A DNA stretch of 64,000 bases, from the NCBI GenBank assembly GCA_964399195.1, contig CAYNPY010000008.1, positions 2,260 through 66,259 on the forward strand, given 5' to 3'. Below are positions 43,898 through 55,000 of this stretch, piece by piece; position 1 is the first letter of the stretch; the number at the start of each line of letters is the position of its first letter. Source of the stretch: an uncultured Fibrobacteraceae bacterium. Its GTDB lineage: Bacteria; Krumholzibacteriota; Krumholzibacteriia; LZORAL124-64-63. The notes beneath the pieces are model-generated. The model worked only from the letters and a program-made list of their open reading frames with translations, did no database searches and was not told the DNA's origin. The translations under genes and the position numbers were made by a program.

Positions 43898-45637
43898 TCA
43901 GCGCACGAGCGAGACGCGAACCGTCGAGGCGCCCTGCGGCAGCGAGAGGCGGCACAGGTAGGCGCCGCTGGGCGCGGCGCGCCCGGCTTCATCCAGCCCG
44001 TCCCAGACGAACGCCTGCCGGCCCGCCGCCAGCGCGCCCGCGTGCAGCACGCGCACGCGCCGGCCCGCCAGATCGTGGACGGCCAGCTCGCCGGCGGCCG
44101 CGGCCGCCAGCGTGAAGCTCACCGTCACCCGCGGATTGAACGGGTTCGGCGCCGCCGCCAGCGCCGGCAGCGAAGCGGGAGCGACGTCGCCGGCCCCGGC
44201 GACGTAGGCCGGCTGCAGGCCGGCCACGTCCGCCAGCAGTCCGGCGCCGGCGCGCGCGACCTGCACCGACATCGCCGCCGTCGCGGCGATGGCCGCCCAG
44301 GTGTCCGCCGTGCTGTGGTAGGGCGTGTAGTCGTCCCAGTCGTAGTCGATGGCCAGGAACGCCGGGTAGCCCGCCTGCTGGAACGGCACGTGGTCGCTGC
44401 CGAAGCTGTAGTAGTCCTTCTGCCAGCCCAGGTCGGTCAGCGCGTCGACGTTGGCGGCCATCGCCGACATCAGGGTTTCCCACGCGGGCTGGCCCTCGAT
44501 GCGGATCGCGTAGTTGGCGGCGTAGAAGGCCACCATGTCGTGGATGAGCGCGCCGACGATCACCCGCCCGCCGGCCACCGCGTCGTCCACGAAGTACTCG
44601 CTGCCGATCAGCCCGCGCTCCTCGGCGTCGAAGAGCACGAACTGGAGCGAGCGGTCGAAGGTGCGCCCGGCGGCCAGGCGCGCCAGCTCCATCACCAGGG
44701 CCGTGCCGGAGGCGTTGTCGTCGGCGCCCGGCGCCAGCGAGGTCGGCGTCTGCGACGTGGAATCGTAGTGCCCGCCGACGACGAAGTATTCGCCGGGCGT
44801 CACGGCGCCCGGCAGCGTCGCGACGACGTTCCGGCAGGCGACGCGGTTGTAGGTGAACGACTGGAACGCCACGTCGTAGCCCCACGCGGCCAGCTGCGCC
44901 GCCAGGGCGTCGGCGACGAACGTCTTGTCGGCCGTGCTGTAGTAGCGCGTGGCGACGGTGCGCGTCTGGCCGGCGTGCGTCAGCGGCAGCGAGCCGCTCA
45001 GCCGGCGGATCGTCGTGAAGATGGAATCCGCGGCGACGCCGGCGGCGAACGCCGTCTTGAGGGCCAGATCCTTCGCGGCGTGGGGCGCGGGCTTCGTCGC
45101 CGCCGCCGCGACGCGCTCGCGCAGACCGTCCCAGCCGGCCGGCGGCGCGTCCAGGCGCAACCGCTGGCGGCCGGCTCCCAGCGCGGCGAAGGCCTCGGCC
45201 TTGGCCGGCGGCACCTCGACGACCCAGGCCCCGTCCAGCGCCAGGTGCACGCGGCCGACCGCGGCCAGGTCCGCCGTCGCGACCGGGCGGCCGTGCGCGC
45301 GGCCCTTCGCGCGCACCAGGAACCACTCCCCGTCCGGCCAGGCCGGCGCCAGCGGCTCGCCGAAGCGGTGCTGATCGGCGGGCGCGACGCGGTCGGCCAC
45401 CAGCACGCCGCCGGGCAGCTCCCAGACCAGCGTGCCGAGGTCCCCCGCCGCGGCGCGCGCGGCAGCGGCCTGCGGTCCGGTGACGAAGGCCAGACCGGAC
45501 GCGCGGGCGGCCGGCGCCGAGGCCAGCAGAGCCAGGACCGGCAGCGCCAGCACCAGCAGGATCGGCAGCGGGCGGCTGAGCGGAACGCGGAGAGCGGGCC
45601 GGGCGCGGCGGCCGGCGGGCGAAGGCAGGGGCGACAT
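43898..45637 (-). CDS. M28 family metallopeptidase with FlgD/T9SS-like C-terminal domain
   Basis: GADDNASGTALVMELAR and FDAEERGLIGSEYF. The CTD starts LAAAPNPFNPRVTVSF and ends VRVSLVR. The start is uncertain (ATG 45637 or an upstream in-frame ATG). Confidence 0.85.
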   Translation of the reverse strand: MSPLPSPAGRRARPALRVPLSRPLPILLVLALPVLALLASAPAARASGLAFVTGPQAAAARAAAGDLGTLVWELPGGVLVADRVAPADQHRFGEPLAPAWPDGEWFLVRAKGRAHGRPVATADLAAVGRVHLALDGAWVVEVPPAKAEAFAALGAGRQRLRLDAPPAGWDGLRERVAAAATKPAPHAAKDLALKTAFAAGVAADSIFTTIRRLSGSLPLTHAGQTRTVATRYYSTADKTFVADALAAQLAAWGYDVAFQSFTYNRVACRNVVATLPGAVTPGEYFVVGGHYDSTSQTPTSLAPGADDNASGTALVMELARLAAGRTFDRSLQFVLFDAEERGLIGSEYFVDDAVAGGRVIVGALIHDMVAFYAANYAIRIEGQPAWETLMSAMAANVDALTDLGWQKDYYSFGSDHVPFQQAGYPAFLAIDYDWDDYTPYHSTADTWAAIAATAAMSVQVARAGAGLLADVAGLQPAYVAGAGDVAPASLPALAAAPNPFNPRVTVSFTLAAAAAGELAVHDLAGRRVRVLHAGALAAGRQAFVWDGLDEAGRAAPSGAYLCRLSLPQGASTVRVSLVR

Positions 45638-45811
45638 GCCGGCACTCCCATGCGGGCCGGCGCCGGCTGGCGCCATCCCGGGTTGAAGACCATCGTTGCG
45701 GGGCATCCGGATGATCATAGCACGCCGCCCGCGGGCGGCGCCAGCGCGCCGGGGATCTCCCCCGCGCGCCTGCCGCGCCCGGCGGCGGACCACGTGACCT
45801 GGGAGCGCCGC

Positions 45812-46375
45812 ATGGGCCTCGCGCAGTACGTCGTCATCGCCTGCGGCCTTGCGATGGACGCCACCGCGGTGTGCCTGGGCGCCGGCGCCACCGGCCGCGC
45901 GCGGGGCGGCCGCGCCGCCTTCCGCCTGGTGTTCCACTTCGGGCTCTTCCAGATGCTGATGCCGGTGCTGGGCTGGCTGCTGGGCCGCGGCCTGGTCGGC
46001 ATCCTCCGCCACGTGGACCACTGGCTGGCGTTCGTCCTGCTGGCGTTCGTCGGCGGGCGCATGGTCCTGGCCGGCGCGCGGCCCCATGACCAGGAACAGC
46101 CGCGCGACGACCCGACGCGCGGGTGGTCGCTGGTGGCCCTCAGCGTGGCCACGAGCATCGACGCGCTGGCGGTGGGCCTGAGCCTGGCCGTGCTCGACGT
46201 CTCGATCTGGCTGCCCTGCCTGCTGATCGGCGTGATCACGGCGGCGATGTCGTGGGGCGGTCTCGCGCTGGGCGGGGTGCTGCACGCGCGCTGGGGCAGC
46301 CGCATGGAAGTGGCCGGCGGCGTGCTGCTGACCCTGATCGGATTGCAGATCCTGGTCACGCACCTGCGGGCGTGA
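45812..46375 (+). CDS. mntP: Manganese efflux pump MntP
   Basis: Nested ATG 45812 after GGGAG. 187 aa with about six TM segments. LAMDATAV and SIDALAVG duplicated motifs. Confidence 0.85.
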   Translation: MGLAQYVVIACGLAMDATAVCLGAGATGRARGGRAAFRLVFHFGLFQMLMPVLGWLLGRGLVGILRHVDHWLAFVLLAFVGGRMVLAGARPHDQEQPRDDPTRGWSLVALSVATSIDALAVGLSLAVLDVSIWLPCLLIGVITAAMSWGGLALGGVLHARWGSRMEVAGGVLLTLIGLQILVTHLRA

Positions 46376-46399
46376 GCCCGCGCCGGGGGCGGGCCGGCG

Positions 46400-46864
46400 C
46401 TAGCCGCGGCCGCCAGGCGCCTTCTCGCCGGACCCGCGCGCCTCGGTCGCGGCAGGCTCGCCCACGGCCGCGCCCGCCAGGCAGGCTCCGAACGCGCGGT
46501 CGTCGCGCAGGATGTGGTTCACCAGCCAGTAGCCAAGGAACTCGTGCAGCTCGGCGGTGATGCGCCGGCCGGCGGCGTTGTACTCGAACTGGAAGCGCTC
46601 GACCTTCTGCAGCAGCTGCCGGTGCTGGCTCTGGTGGAGCTTCAGCTGCGGGTAGCCGGCCTCGGCCATCAGGCGTTCCTCGGTGGCGAAGTGCTCCTGG
46701 GTGTAGCCGGTCAGGTCGTTGAGGATCTCGTTCGCGTGGCGGGAACCCTTGCCCTTCCGCAGGGCCTCGTCGAAGCGGTTGATAATCTCGACCAGGTGCC
46801 GGTGCTGTTCGTCCACCTCGGCGACGCCGGTTGCGAATTCGGGCTTCCATTCGATGCGCGCCAT
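46400..46864 (-). CDS. Bacteriohemerythrin (hemerythrin-like metal-binding protein)
   Basis: Nested ATG 46864. IEWKPEFATGVAEVDEQHRHLVEIIN, HFATEERLM and LVNHILRDD. Confidence 0.9.
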   Translation of the reverse strand: MARIEWKPEFATGVAEVDEQHRHLVEIINRFDEALRKGKGSRHANEILNDLTGYTQEHFATEERLMAEAGYPQLKLHQSQHRQLLQKVERFQFEYNAAGRRITAELHEFLGYWLVNHILRDDRAFGACLAGAAVGEPAATEARGSGEKAPGGRG

Positions 46865-47085
46865 CGTTGCCGGTCCCTTCAATCCATTGCGGCGTAGCGG
46901 TTTCTGGCGGCCGACGCGACCGGTCCCCCGATGCGCGGCGTCCCCGGAATGATCGGCCCGACCGGCCGGATCTTGACCACATTCGGCCGCTGGCCGCGCC
47001 GGCGCGGGACCGCGCGGGAACATCCGGGCCGCGGCGGCGTTTTCAGGCGTGATCCCCCCTTCACCGCATCCGAAAGGACGGCGCC

Positions 47086-48252
47086 ATGTTCGCGTTTCCG
47101 GCTGCCAGACGCCCCCTGGGCCTGGCTGCGTCCCTGTCCGCGATCCTCCTGTTGCTGACCGCCGCCGGCCCCGCCGCCGCCGACGGCTACCTGGGCGTCA
47201 TGCTCCAGGAGGTCTCCCCCAGCATGGGCAAGGCCCTGCAGCTGGGCGATCGCCCCGGCGTCCTGGTGAACGATGTCGTGGACGACAGCCCCGCCGCGAA
47301 GGCCGGCCTGCAGGACGGCGATGTCATCCTCGAGCTGAACGGCCGCCCGGCCACCGACCAGGCGGAGCTGACGAAGGCCGTGCGCGAATTGGCGCCCGGC
47401 GCCAAGGCCGAGCTGCTGGTGCTGCGCGACGGCCGCCAGGTGAAGCTCCCGGTCGAGATCGGCGAGCGCGCGGCCGGCGGCGAAGCGCTGGACCTCGCCC
47501 GCCTGCGCAGGCTCGAGGGGCTCGAGGCGCTCAAGGAGCTCAAGGATCTCAAGGAACTGAAGGAACTGAAGGAACTCGAGCATCTCGACGCTCTGAAGGA
47601 CTTCGAGTGGCTCGAGGACGGCGACACGAAGGTGATGATCCTGCCCAAGGGCGAGGGTCGCGCGCCGCGCGCGTTCTTCGAGGGCGAGGACGGCGACGGC
47701 CGGGAGCGCCGCTTCGTCATCCGCAGGTTCGACGAGGACCGCGGCTGGCTGGGCGTCCACCTCGACGCGCTGAACGGCCAGCTCGGCGAGTACTTCGGCG
47801 TCAAGGACGGCGCCGGCGTGCTGGTCACCGAGGTCGTCGACGGCAGCCCCGCCGCGGCGGCGGGCCTGCGCGCGGGCGACGTGATCGTCAAGGCGGGCGA
47901 CACGGAGGTCGCCTCGCCCGACGCCCTGCACGAGGCGATGGCGGGCACGAAGCCGGGCGAGAAGCTCGACCTGCAGCTCCTGCGCAAGGGCAACCGCCAG
48001 AAGGTGACCGCCACGCTGGGCGAGATGCCGAAGACCGCGATCGCGCCGCCGGCGCCGCCGGGCGTCGACGGGGACGTCAAGGTCCTGGCGCCCCGCATGC
48101 TGCGCCGGATGGGCCGCGACGGCGGCGACGGCGAGCGCGAGGTCATCATCGAGCGCAAGCGCCTGACCGACGACGAACTGGACGAGGTGCGCCAGGAGAT
48201 GAAGGTGCTGCGCGAGGAGCTCCAGCGGCTGCGCGAGGAACTGAAGCGCTGA
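47086..48252 (+). CDS. Secreted protein with two PDZ domains and coiled/repeat linkers (no protease domain)
   Basis: Signal peptide ...LLLLTAAGPAAA. The PDZ domains are GVLVNDVVDDSPAAKAGLQDGDVILELNG and GVLVTEVVDGSPAAAAGLRAGDVIVKAGD. Confidence 0.85.
   Translation: MFAFPAARRPLGLAASLSAILLLLTAAGPAAADGYLGVMLQEVSPSMGKALQLGDRPGVLVNDVVDDSPAAKAGLQDGDVILELNGRPATDQAELTKAVRELAPGAKAELLVLRDGRQVKLPVEIGERAAGGEALDLARLRRLEGLEALKELKDLKELKELKELEHLDALKDFEWLEDGDTKVMILPKGEGRAPRAFFEGEDGDGRERRFVIRRFDEDRGWLGVHLDALNGQLGEYFGVKDGAGVLVTEVVDGSPAAAAGLRAGDVIVKAGDTEVASPDALHEAMAGTKPGEKLDLQLLRKGNRQKVTATLGEMPKTAIAPPAPPGVDGDVKVLAPRMLRRMGRDGGDGEREVIIERKRLTDDELDEVRQEMKVLREELQRLREELKR
47512..47619 (+). repeat. Twelve tandem 9-nt units encoding (L-[EK]-x)n inside the PDZ protein
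   Basis: The units are ctcgagggg ctcgaggcg ctcaaggag ctcaaggat ctcaaggaa ctgaaggaa ctgaaggaa ctcgagcat ctcgacgct ctgaaggac ttcgagtgg ctcgaggac. They encode LEGLEALKELKDLKELKELKELEHLDALKDFEWLED. Confidence 0.8.
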
Positions 48253-48300
48253 GCACCAGCGACAGGCCGGCCCGCGGAGCAGGAGGCGAGGCGGAAAGGC

Positions 48301-48336
48301 AACCGGGGGTCACGCGACGGCGCGGGGCCCCCGGTT
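48301..48336 (+). terminator. Hairpin terminator candidate after the PDZ gene
   Basis: AACCGGGGG ... CCCCCGGTT forms a 9-bp outer stem with an inner CGCG/CGCG pairing, followed by CGTTCGTGTCC. It lies between convergent stops. Confidence 0.55.
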
Positions 48337-48370
48337 CGTTCGTGTCCTTGCCCAGGCCCAACCCGACGGC

Positions 48371-51300
48371 TCAGTCGACCGCCTGCAGCCGCGCGCCCGC
48401 CGGCACCGCCGGGTCCGTGAACAGCAGCCAGGTGCGCACCGGGCGGTCGCGGTACACCTGCGCCAGCACCTCGCGGTAGGCCTGCAGCTGGGGCCGGTAG
48501 TGGTCGACCAGCCAGGCGCGCTGCGCCGGCGCGGCCGCGCCGCGGTTGGTCTTGTAGTCCACGATGTCGACGCGATCCGCGTGCACCAACAGCCGGTCGA
48601 CGACGCCGGTGATGCGCTGCTCGGGCTCCTTGCCGTCGCCCGGCGGCGGCGGCGCGGCGCGCAACGCGATCACCGGCACCTCGCTGGCGGCCAGCACGGC
48701 GGCCGGCGGCCGGAACACCCAGGCCAGGTCCGGGTCGGCCAGCACGGCGGCCGCCTCCGCGTGCGCAGGGCCGCGGCCGGCCGGCAGCGCGCCCAGGTTG
48801 CAGGCGGCCTGCAGCAGGCGATGGACCTGGTCGCCGTGCGCGGCCGGATCGGTGCCCGGAGGCAGGTCGGTGGGCACGGCCGCGGGGGCCGCGGTCGCGT
48901 GGGTCAGGCCGTCTTCACGCGACGCGCCGTCGGCTCCGTCCTCTTCGCGGTCGGCGCGCGGGTCGTCGGCCGCCGCGGACGGGCGCACCAGCGTGAACCG
49001 CGGCCTTCTGACCGGCGGCTGCCACGGCGCCGGGGCCGGCGGCGGCTCGTGCGGCGCGCGCGGGGCGGCGCCGGGGGCGGCGGCCTCGAGGGCGTGCAGT
49101 TCGTCGTCTTCGGCTTCGGGCGCCGCGACCGGCGCGGCGCGGCCCTCGGCGGCGGCGCGCGCCGCCACCGCGGCCGCCGCCGCGCGCAGCGCCCGCAACG
49201 GGCTGTCGGGCTCGTCGCCGCCGGCGCGCGAACGATCGCCGCCGATGACGTGCAGGCGGTCGCGGGCCCGCGTCAGCGCGACGTAGAGCAGGTGCGCGCG
49301 CTCGGCCGCCGCCTCGGCGCGCCGCGCCGCCACCGCGGCGGCGAGCGGGTCCGGCGGCGGCGGCACGCCGTCGGGCAGCTCGAGACCCGCGCGCTGCTGC
49401 GCGTCCGTCCGCAGCAGCAGCGGCGGGCGCCGGTCCTCGCGCCCGAGGACGACGCGTGCGCCCTCGCGCCCGGGGCCGCGGTCGGCGTCCACCAGCAGCA
49501 CGACCGGCGCCTCCAGGCCCTTGGCGCCGTGGATGGTCAGGAAGCGCACGCGCCCCTCGGCGTCGCCCGGCAGCGGCGCCTCCTCCTGGTTGCCGCGGGC
49601 GGCGGCGCGCGCAATGGCCTCGGCCAGCCGGCGCGCGGTCGGCGTCGCGGGCACGTCGCCGCCCAGGGCCAGGTCGAACAGCCGTTCCAGGTTGAAGCGG
49701 GCCTGCTCGCCGAGCGCGACCTGGAAGCGCGTGGCCAGGTCGCCCTCGCGGACCAGGCGCCGCAGCAGGTCGTGGCAGGGCTCGAAGTCCAGCTTGCGGC
49801 GCCATTGCGCCAGCAGCGCCGCGAGCTCGGCGGCGCGCGGGTCGGCGGATTCGCGCAGCGCCCGCCACAGCGTCCGCGACGGCCCGCGCCGGCGGCCGTC
49901 CTCACCGCGTTCGGCGGGCCCGCGCGCCGCGAGCAGCGCCTGGAACGCCGCCTGGTCCAGGCGCGCGATCGGCGAGCGCAGCACCGTGGCCAGCGCCTCG
50001 TTGTCGTCGGGCCAGGCCAGCCAGCGCAGCAGCGCCAGCAGGTCCTGCACCTCGCGGCTGGCCGCCAGCATGCCGCGGCCCGGCGGCGTGAACGGGATGC
50101 CCGCGTCGCGGAACGCGCGCTCGTAAAGCGCGAACGCGGTCCTGGTCCCGGCCAGCACCAGCACGTCGCCCCAGCGCAACGGGCGCTCGCGGTCCAGCGC
50201 AGGGTCGAACACGGGCTCGCCCTCGTCGCGCAGGCGCCGCACCAGCGCCGCCGCCGCCCGCGCGGCGGCCGCCTCGCCGCCGCCGCCCCCACGCTCCGGA
50301 TCGTCGGGATCGGGGAACGGGGCGTGCACGACGAAGACGCCGGGCGCGTCCGTCCGCGCACAGTCCTGGCGCGCGCCCTGCTCCTGGCCGGGCTCCAGGC
50401 GTCCGGCCAGCGGCGGCGCGTTGAACAGCTCGCCCACGCCCTCGACCACGGCGCGCCGGCTGCGGAAGTTCGTCGGCAGCTGCAACACCGCGCCGCCGTA
50501 GCGCGCCATCTCCAGCGCGCGGTCGGCGAACAGCTGCGGCCAGGCGCCGCGGAACCCGTAGATGGACTGCTTGACGTCGCCGACCAGGAACACGGTGCGC
50601 AGGCGGTCGTCGCCGCCGGCGCGGAACTCCTCGACGAACGGCTGCAGCAGGTCCCACTGGTTGAGGTTCGTGTCCTGGAACTCGTCGACCAGCAGGTGCT
50701 GGATCGCCTCGTCGAGCCGGAACTGCAGCTCGGCCGCGCGCTCGGGATCGGCCAGGAGGCCGCTGGCCAGCTCTTCGAGGTCCTGGAAGTCGACCACGCG
50801 GTCGCGGCGCTTCAGCTCGTCGACGATGTCCAGCAGCCGCAGCCCCAACCGCAGCAGCGCCACGTTGTCCTCGAGCAGGTCCACGCGCGCAAGGTCGCGG
50901 GCCAGCGTCAGGACGGGCAGCGCCTGCGTGGCCACCAGCGCGTTGAACGCGGGCTTGAAGGCGGGATCGCGGCTCCTCGTGAACGACCGGACCTTGCCCT
51001 GCTGCGTCTGCAGCAGCGCGCGCGCGCCGGCGGCCAGTTCCAGCGCGGCGCCGGCGTCGCGGGCGCCGGCGGCGAACGTCTCCGCCAGGCCGGCCGCGGC
51101 GGCCGCCAGCTCACCGAGCGTCTCGCGCGACTTGCCGGGGAAGTCCGCGAACTCCGCGGCGGCCGCCGGGATCAGGTTACCGGCGAACCTCGCGAGGGCC
51201 TCGGCCAGCAGGGCGCCCAGCCGCGCGCGCGCGGCGTCGTAACCGCCGCGGCCGTCGTCGCCGTTTTCGACCTGATCCAGCCCGGGCAGCAGGGCGCGGC

Positions 51301-52000
51301 GCAGGTCGGCCGCCAGGCGGTCCAGTTCGCCGGCGCGCGGCCGCGGCCGCCGTCCGTCGGCGGCCAGCCAGCGCTCCAGGCGCATCGCGTCGTCCAGGCA
51401 GGGCTGCAGGCGACGGCGCAGGGTGTCCGGGTGCGCGCCCAGGCGCCGCGCCGCCTGTGCCAGTCGATCATCGCGCGCGATCTCGCCGACCAGGCGGTCG
51501 AAGGCCTCGTCGTGCAGGTCCTGCGGCTCCTCGAGCACGCCGAAGGTCGGGTCCAGGCCCGCCTCGCGCGCGAAGCGGCCGAGCACCACCTGGCAGAACG
51601 AGTGGATCGTGCCCAGCTGCAGCGCCGCGGTGTCGGCCAGGAGCTGTTCGTAGAGCGCGCCGGCGGCGGCGATCTCGCGCGCGTCCGGGGCGCGCCCGCC
51701 ACGCGGCCCGAAGAGGCGCGCCAGGCGATCGGCGCGCGCGGCGGGATCGGCCAGGGCCAGCGCGCGCGCCTCGCGCAGCAGGCGCTCCTGGATCTCGACG
51801 GCGGCCTTGCGCGTGAACGTGACCGCCAGGACGGTGCCGGGGTTGGCGCGCGCGGGCGTGTCCTCCAGGCACAGGCGCAGGAAGCGGTTGACCAGCGCGG
51901 TGGTCTTGCCGGAGCCGGCGGCGGCGCCCAGCACCACCGAGCGCAGCGGCGACGAGGCCTCCAGCTGCACGGCGCGCGACTGCTCGACCGGGTTCACCAC
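48371..52000 (-). CDS. addA: ATP-dependent helicase/nuclease AddA (UvrD/Rep-type helicase with C-terminal PD-(D/E)XK nuclease)
   Basis: Walker A GAAAGSGKTTALV. LVDEFQDTN. C-terminal nuclease motif VDIVDYKTN. The GTG start overlaps the addB stop. Confidence 0.9.
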   Translation of the reverse strand: MVNPVEQSRAVQLEASSPLRSVVLGAAAGSGKTTALVNRFLRLCLEDTPARANPGTVLAVTFTRKAAVEIQERLLREARALALADPAARADRLARLFGPRGGRAPDAREIAAAGALYEQLLADTAALQLGTIHSFCQVVLGRFAREAGLDPTFGVLEEPQDLHDEAFDRLVGEIARDDRLAQAARRLGAHPDTLRRRLQPCLDDAMRLERWLAADGRRPRPRAGELDRLAADLRRALLPGLDQVENGDDGRGGYDAARARLGALLAEALARFAGNLIPAAAAEFADFPGKSRETLGELAAAAAGLAETFAAGARDAGAALELAAGARALLQTQQGKVRSFTRSRDPAFKPAFNALVATQALPVLTLARDLARVDLLEDNVALLRLGLRLLDIVDELKRRDRVVDFQDLEELASGLLADPERAAELQFRLDEAIQHLLVDEFQDTNLNQWDLLQPFVEEFRAGGDDRLRTVFLVGDVKQSIYGFRGAWPQLFADRALEMARYGGAVLQLPTNFRSRRAVVEGVGELFNAPPLAGRLEPGQEQGARQDCARTDAPGVFVVHAPFPDPDDPERGGGGGEAAAARAAAALVRRLRDEGEPVFDPALDRERPLRWGDVLVLAGTRTAFALYERAFRDAGIPFTPPGRGMLAASREVQDLLALLRWLAWPDDNEALATVLRSPIARLDQAAFQALLAARGPAERGEDGRRRGPSRTLWRALRESADPRAAELAALLAQWRRKLDFEPCHDLLRRLVREGDLATRFQVALGEQARFNLERLFDLALGGDVPATPTARRLAEAIARAAARGNQEEAPLPGDAEGRVRFLTIHGAKGLEAPVVLLVDADRGPGREGARVVLGREDRRPPLLLRTDAQQRAGLELPDGVPPPPDPLAAAVAARRAEAAAERAHLLYVALTRARDRLHVIGGDRSRAGGDEPDSPLRALRAAAAAVAARAAAEGRAAPVAAPEAEDDELHALEAAAPGAAPRAPHEPPPAPAPWQPPVRRPRFTLVRPSAAADDPRADREEDGADGASREDGLTHATAAPAAVPTDLPPGTDPAAHGDQVHRLLQAACNLGALPAGRGPAHAEAAAVLADPDLAWVFRPPAAVLAASEVPVIALRAAPPPPGDGKEPEQRITGVVDRLLVHADRVDIVDYKTNRGAAAPAQRAWLVDHYRPQLQAYREVLAQVYRDRPVRTWLLFTDPAVPAGARLQAVD

Positions 52001-55000
52001 TGGTCCTCCTTCTGGTTGACCAGGGTCTCCACGCGGCGGCGAAGCGGCGCCGGCAGGTCGGCTTCCTCCAGGCGGCAGACGCCGCGCCAGTCGCAGCGGT
52101 CGCAGGGCAGGCGCGACAGCCGCTCGCCCCCCGCCGCGCGCGGCACCAGCGGGAAGGGCCCGTCGGGCGCCGCGGCCTCGCAGGCCAGGCGCACCAGGCG
52201 CGCGGCGCCCTCGCGCAGCAGCGGGCGGCCCTCGCCGTCGAGCGCGGGCAGGTCGACGCGCGCGCCGATCACGGCGCCGGGCGCCAGCGCGTAGTAGGCG
52301 CCCTCGGCGATGCCGGCCCCGGCCGGGAGCGCGCCGCCGCCGCCGGGGACCAGCTCGGCGCCGGCGGCCACGGCGGCGGCGTAGAGCAGGACCTGCAGCT
52401 CCTCGCCGCGCGCGACCTCCTTCTTCGCGTGCAGGTCGCCCGTCTTGAAGTCGAGGACGGCCAGGCGCGGCGCGCCGGCGGCGCCGGCGTCGAGGCGGTC
52501 GATCGAGCCCTCCAGCACGACGGCGGCCGCGGCGGCGGGCAGCTCGGCGGGCAGCGTGGCCAAAAGAGCGAGCGCCTCGTCGTCGGCGGCCGATTCAAGG
52601 TCCGTGCGCAGCCACTCCAGCAGGCGCGCCAGCGGCAGCTCGAACGGCACCTCGAAGCCGACGGGGCGCCAGATGGCGAATCGATCCAGCTCGTGCGCCA
52701 CCACCGGCTCGCCCAGCTGCAGGAAGGCCTCGCGCCACAGCGCGCGGTCGGGCTGGCGCGCGTCGCCGGGGCCGAAGGCAGCGTTCACAGCCATGGCGAA
52801 CGCCGCCAACGCGCCGCCGCGGTCGCCGGCGGCCAGCGCGGCGTGGCCGGGCGTTCCCGGTTCCAGGAAGCGCCGCAGCGCGTCGTGCGCCCGCTGGCCG
52901 TACTCGCGGCGGCCGAACTCGCGGCGGACGTCCTCGTCGCGGCGCAGCGCGAAGCGCCGCTCCAGCAGGAAGGCGTACGGACATTCGCGCCACTGTTTGA
53001 GGGACGACCAGCTGAGCCGCTCGACCGGGCGCGCGGGCGCCAGCAGCGGCGCCGGCTGCGGCTCGGCCAGGAACGCGCGCTGCGCCGCGACAGCCGCCTC
53101 CCGGCCCGCCGCCGGCCGCGCGCTCCAGGCGGCGGGCCGGCCGGCCAGCAGCGATGCGTCCGTCGCTGCGAGTCCGTGCACCAGCAGCAGCCTTTCGACC
53201 AGCGGCGACGGCAGCACCGGGGCGCGGTCGTCCTCGCCCGGCCAGGTGAGCACCACGCGCGGCGCGCCGTGCAGCAGGCGCAGGAACAGCTCGGCGTCGG
53301 CGTCCAGGCTGTCGCGGCGGCCGGGCAGGCCCAGCGCTTCGCGCGCGCGCGCGCCGAGGAAGGCCGGGCGCGCGGGCCGCCGCGGCAGGGCGCCGTCGGC
53401 CAGACCGCCGACGACCAGCAGGTCGAAGCGCTCCAGCCGCGCCTCGAGGTGGCCGGTCACCAGCAGCCCCAGGCCCGGGTCGCGGTGCGGCGGCGCCAGC
53501 GCCGCGGCCAGCGCGCGGCCCAGGTCGGCCGCGAAGTCGGCGGACGTCACCGGCGGCAGCAGGCCGGCGTCGGCCTCCAGTTCATCCAGCAGGCGCGCGG
53601 CGGCGATGACGTCGGCGCGTTCGGCGTTGCGACCGAGCGGCTGCTCCGGCGCCAGCGCCGCCCAGCAGCGGCGCAGGGCCGTCAGGTGCTCGGCCCAGGG
53701 CGCGGTCGGGCGCGCGCCGGCCGCAAGCAGCGGCGCCAGCGCCTCGCCGATCGCCGCGACGAAGGCCTCCATGCCGTCGGCGGCGCGGCGCAGCACGGCG
53801 CGCGCGGCCTCGTCGTGCTCGCGCGCGCGCAGCAGCAGCGAGGCCTGTCCGCCCTGGAACGCCTCGTCCGAGCGCAGCAATCTTTCCAAACGCAGCGTCC
53901 ACAGGCCGTGGTTGCCGCCGGGCGCCGGCAGCGCCACGTAGGGATGGGCCAGCAGCTCCAGCACCGCCTCGCCGCGCAGCCCCGTCAGCGCCGCGCGCAG
54001 CGCGAAGCGCAGCAGCAGGCCGGCCGGCTGCGCCGACAGCGGCTCGCCGTGCGTGTTGTCGACGTCGAGCCCCGCGTCGCGCAGGCGCGCCGACACGCGC
54101 GCAGCCAGCTTGCGGTCGGGCACCGCGACGGCCACGCGCGCGACGGCGCCGTCGGGTTCCTGCAGGCGCCGCACCACCACGTCCGCGATCACGGCCGCCT
54201 CGTGCTCGGCGGTGCCGCAGGCCAGGCACTGCAGCGCGGCGCCGGGGCCCGGCTTGGGCAACGGGGGCAGTTGTTCGTCCAGTTCGACGAGCCGCTCGCG
54301 CAGGGCGGGTATCGTCGCGTCGGCCGGCGCGCGCGCGTCGTCGACGGCGGCGCCCCCCCCTGCCGCGGGGTCCGCTCCCAGCAGCGCCGCGGCGCGACGC
54401 GCCGGACCCAGCGGACCGCCGCGCTCGTCCCGCGGGTCCCAGGTCGCGAGCAGGCGTCGCGTCAGCGCATCGTCGCCGGCGGGCACCACGACGAGCGACG
54501 TGGCGGCCGCGGCCAGCGCCGCGCGCATCGGGGCGGCCGTCACCGGGTCCAGGCGCGTGAAGCCGGCGGCCACCGCCAGGGCCGGCGCGGGCGCGGGCCA
54601 CCGGGCCGGCGCGTCGCCGCCGGCGGGCGTCTCCAGGCGCGCGGCCAGACTCACCAGCGTGTCGACCTCGTCGTGCGGCACGTTGTCACGGTAAAGGCGC
54701 CACGCCTCGCGCAGGCTCCGCAGCTCGGCGGCCGTCGCCTCGGCCTCGGCCGCGCGCACCGCCATGCGCGCCAGCGCCGCCTCCAGCGGCGCCGGCCCCA
54801 GCAGCAGGTCGGCCAGCCGCTGGCGCCGGATCTCGTCGAACGCGCGCACCAGTTCCTGCGCCAGGCCGGGCGCCGTCTCGGACGGGCCCTGCAGCCAGCC
54901 CCGCGCCACCAGTTCGTGCGAGAGGATCAGCGCGCGATTGGCGGCCGCCGGCGGCTTTGCCGACGGCTGCAGGCCCAGCGCGGTGACGGCTTCCGTCGCC

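Noticed and set aside
45638-45811. Possible yybP-ykoY manganese riboswitch upstream of mntP.
   Set aside because: This is a common arrangement, but I could not find the conserved GGGGAGUAG / UUGACA-type elements or a convincing four-way structure by eye. An Rfam scan would be needed.
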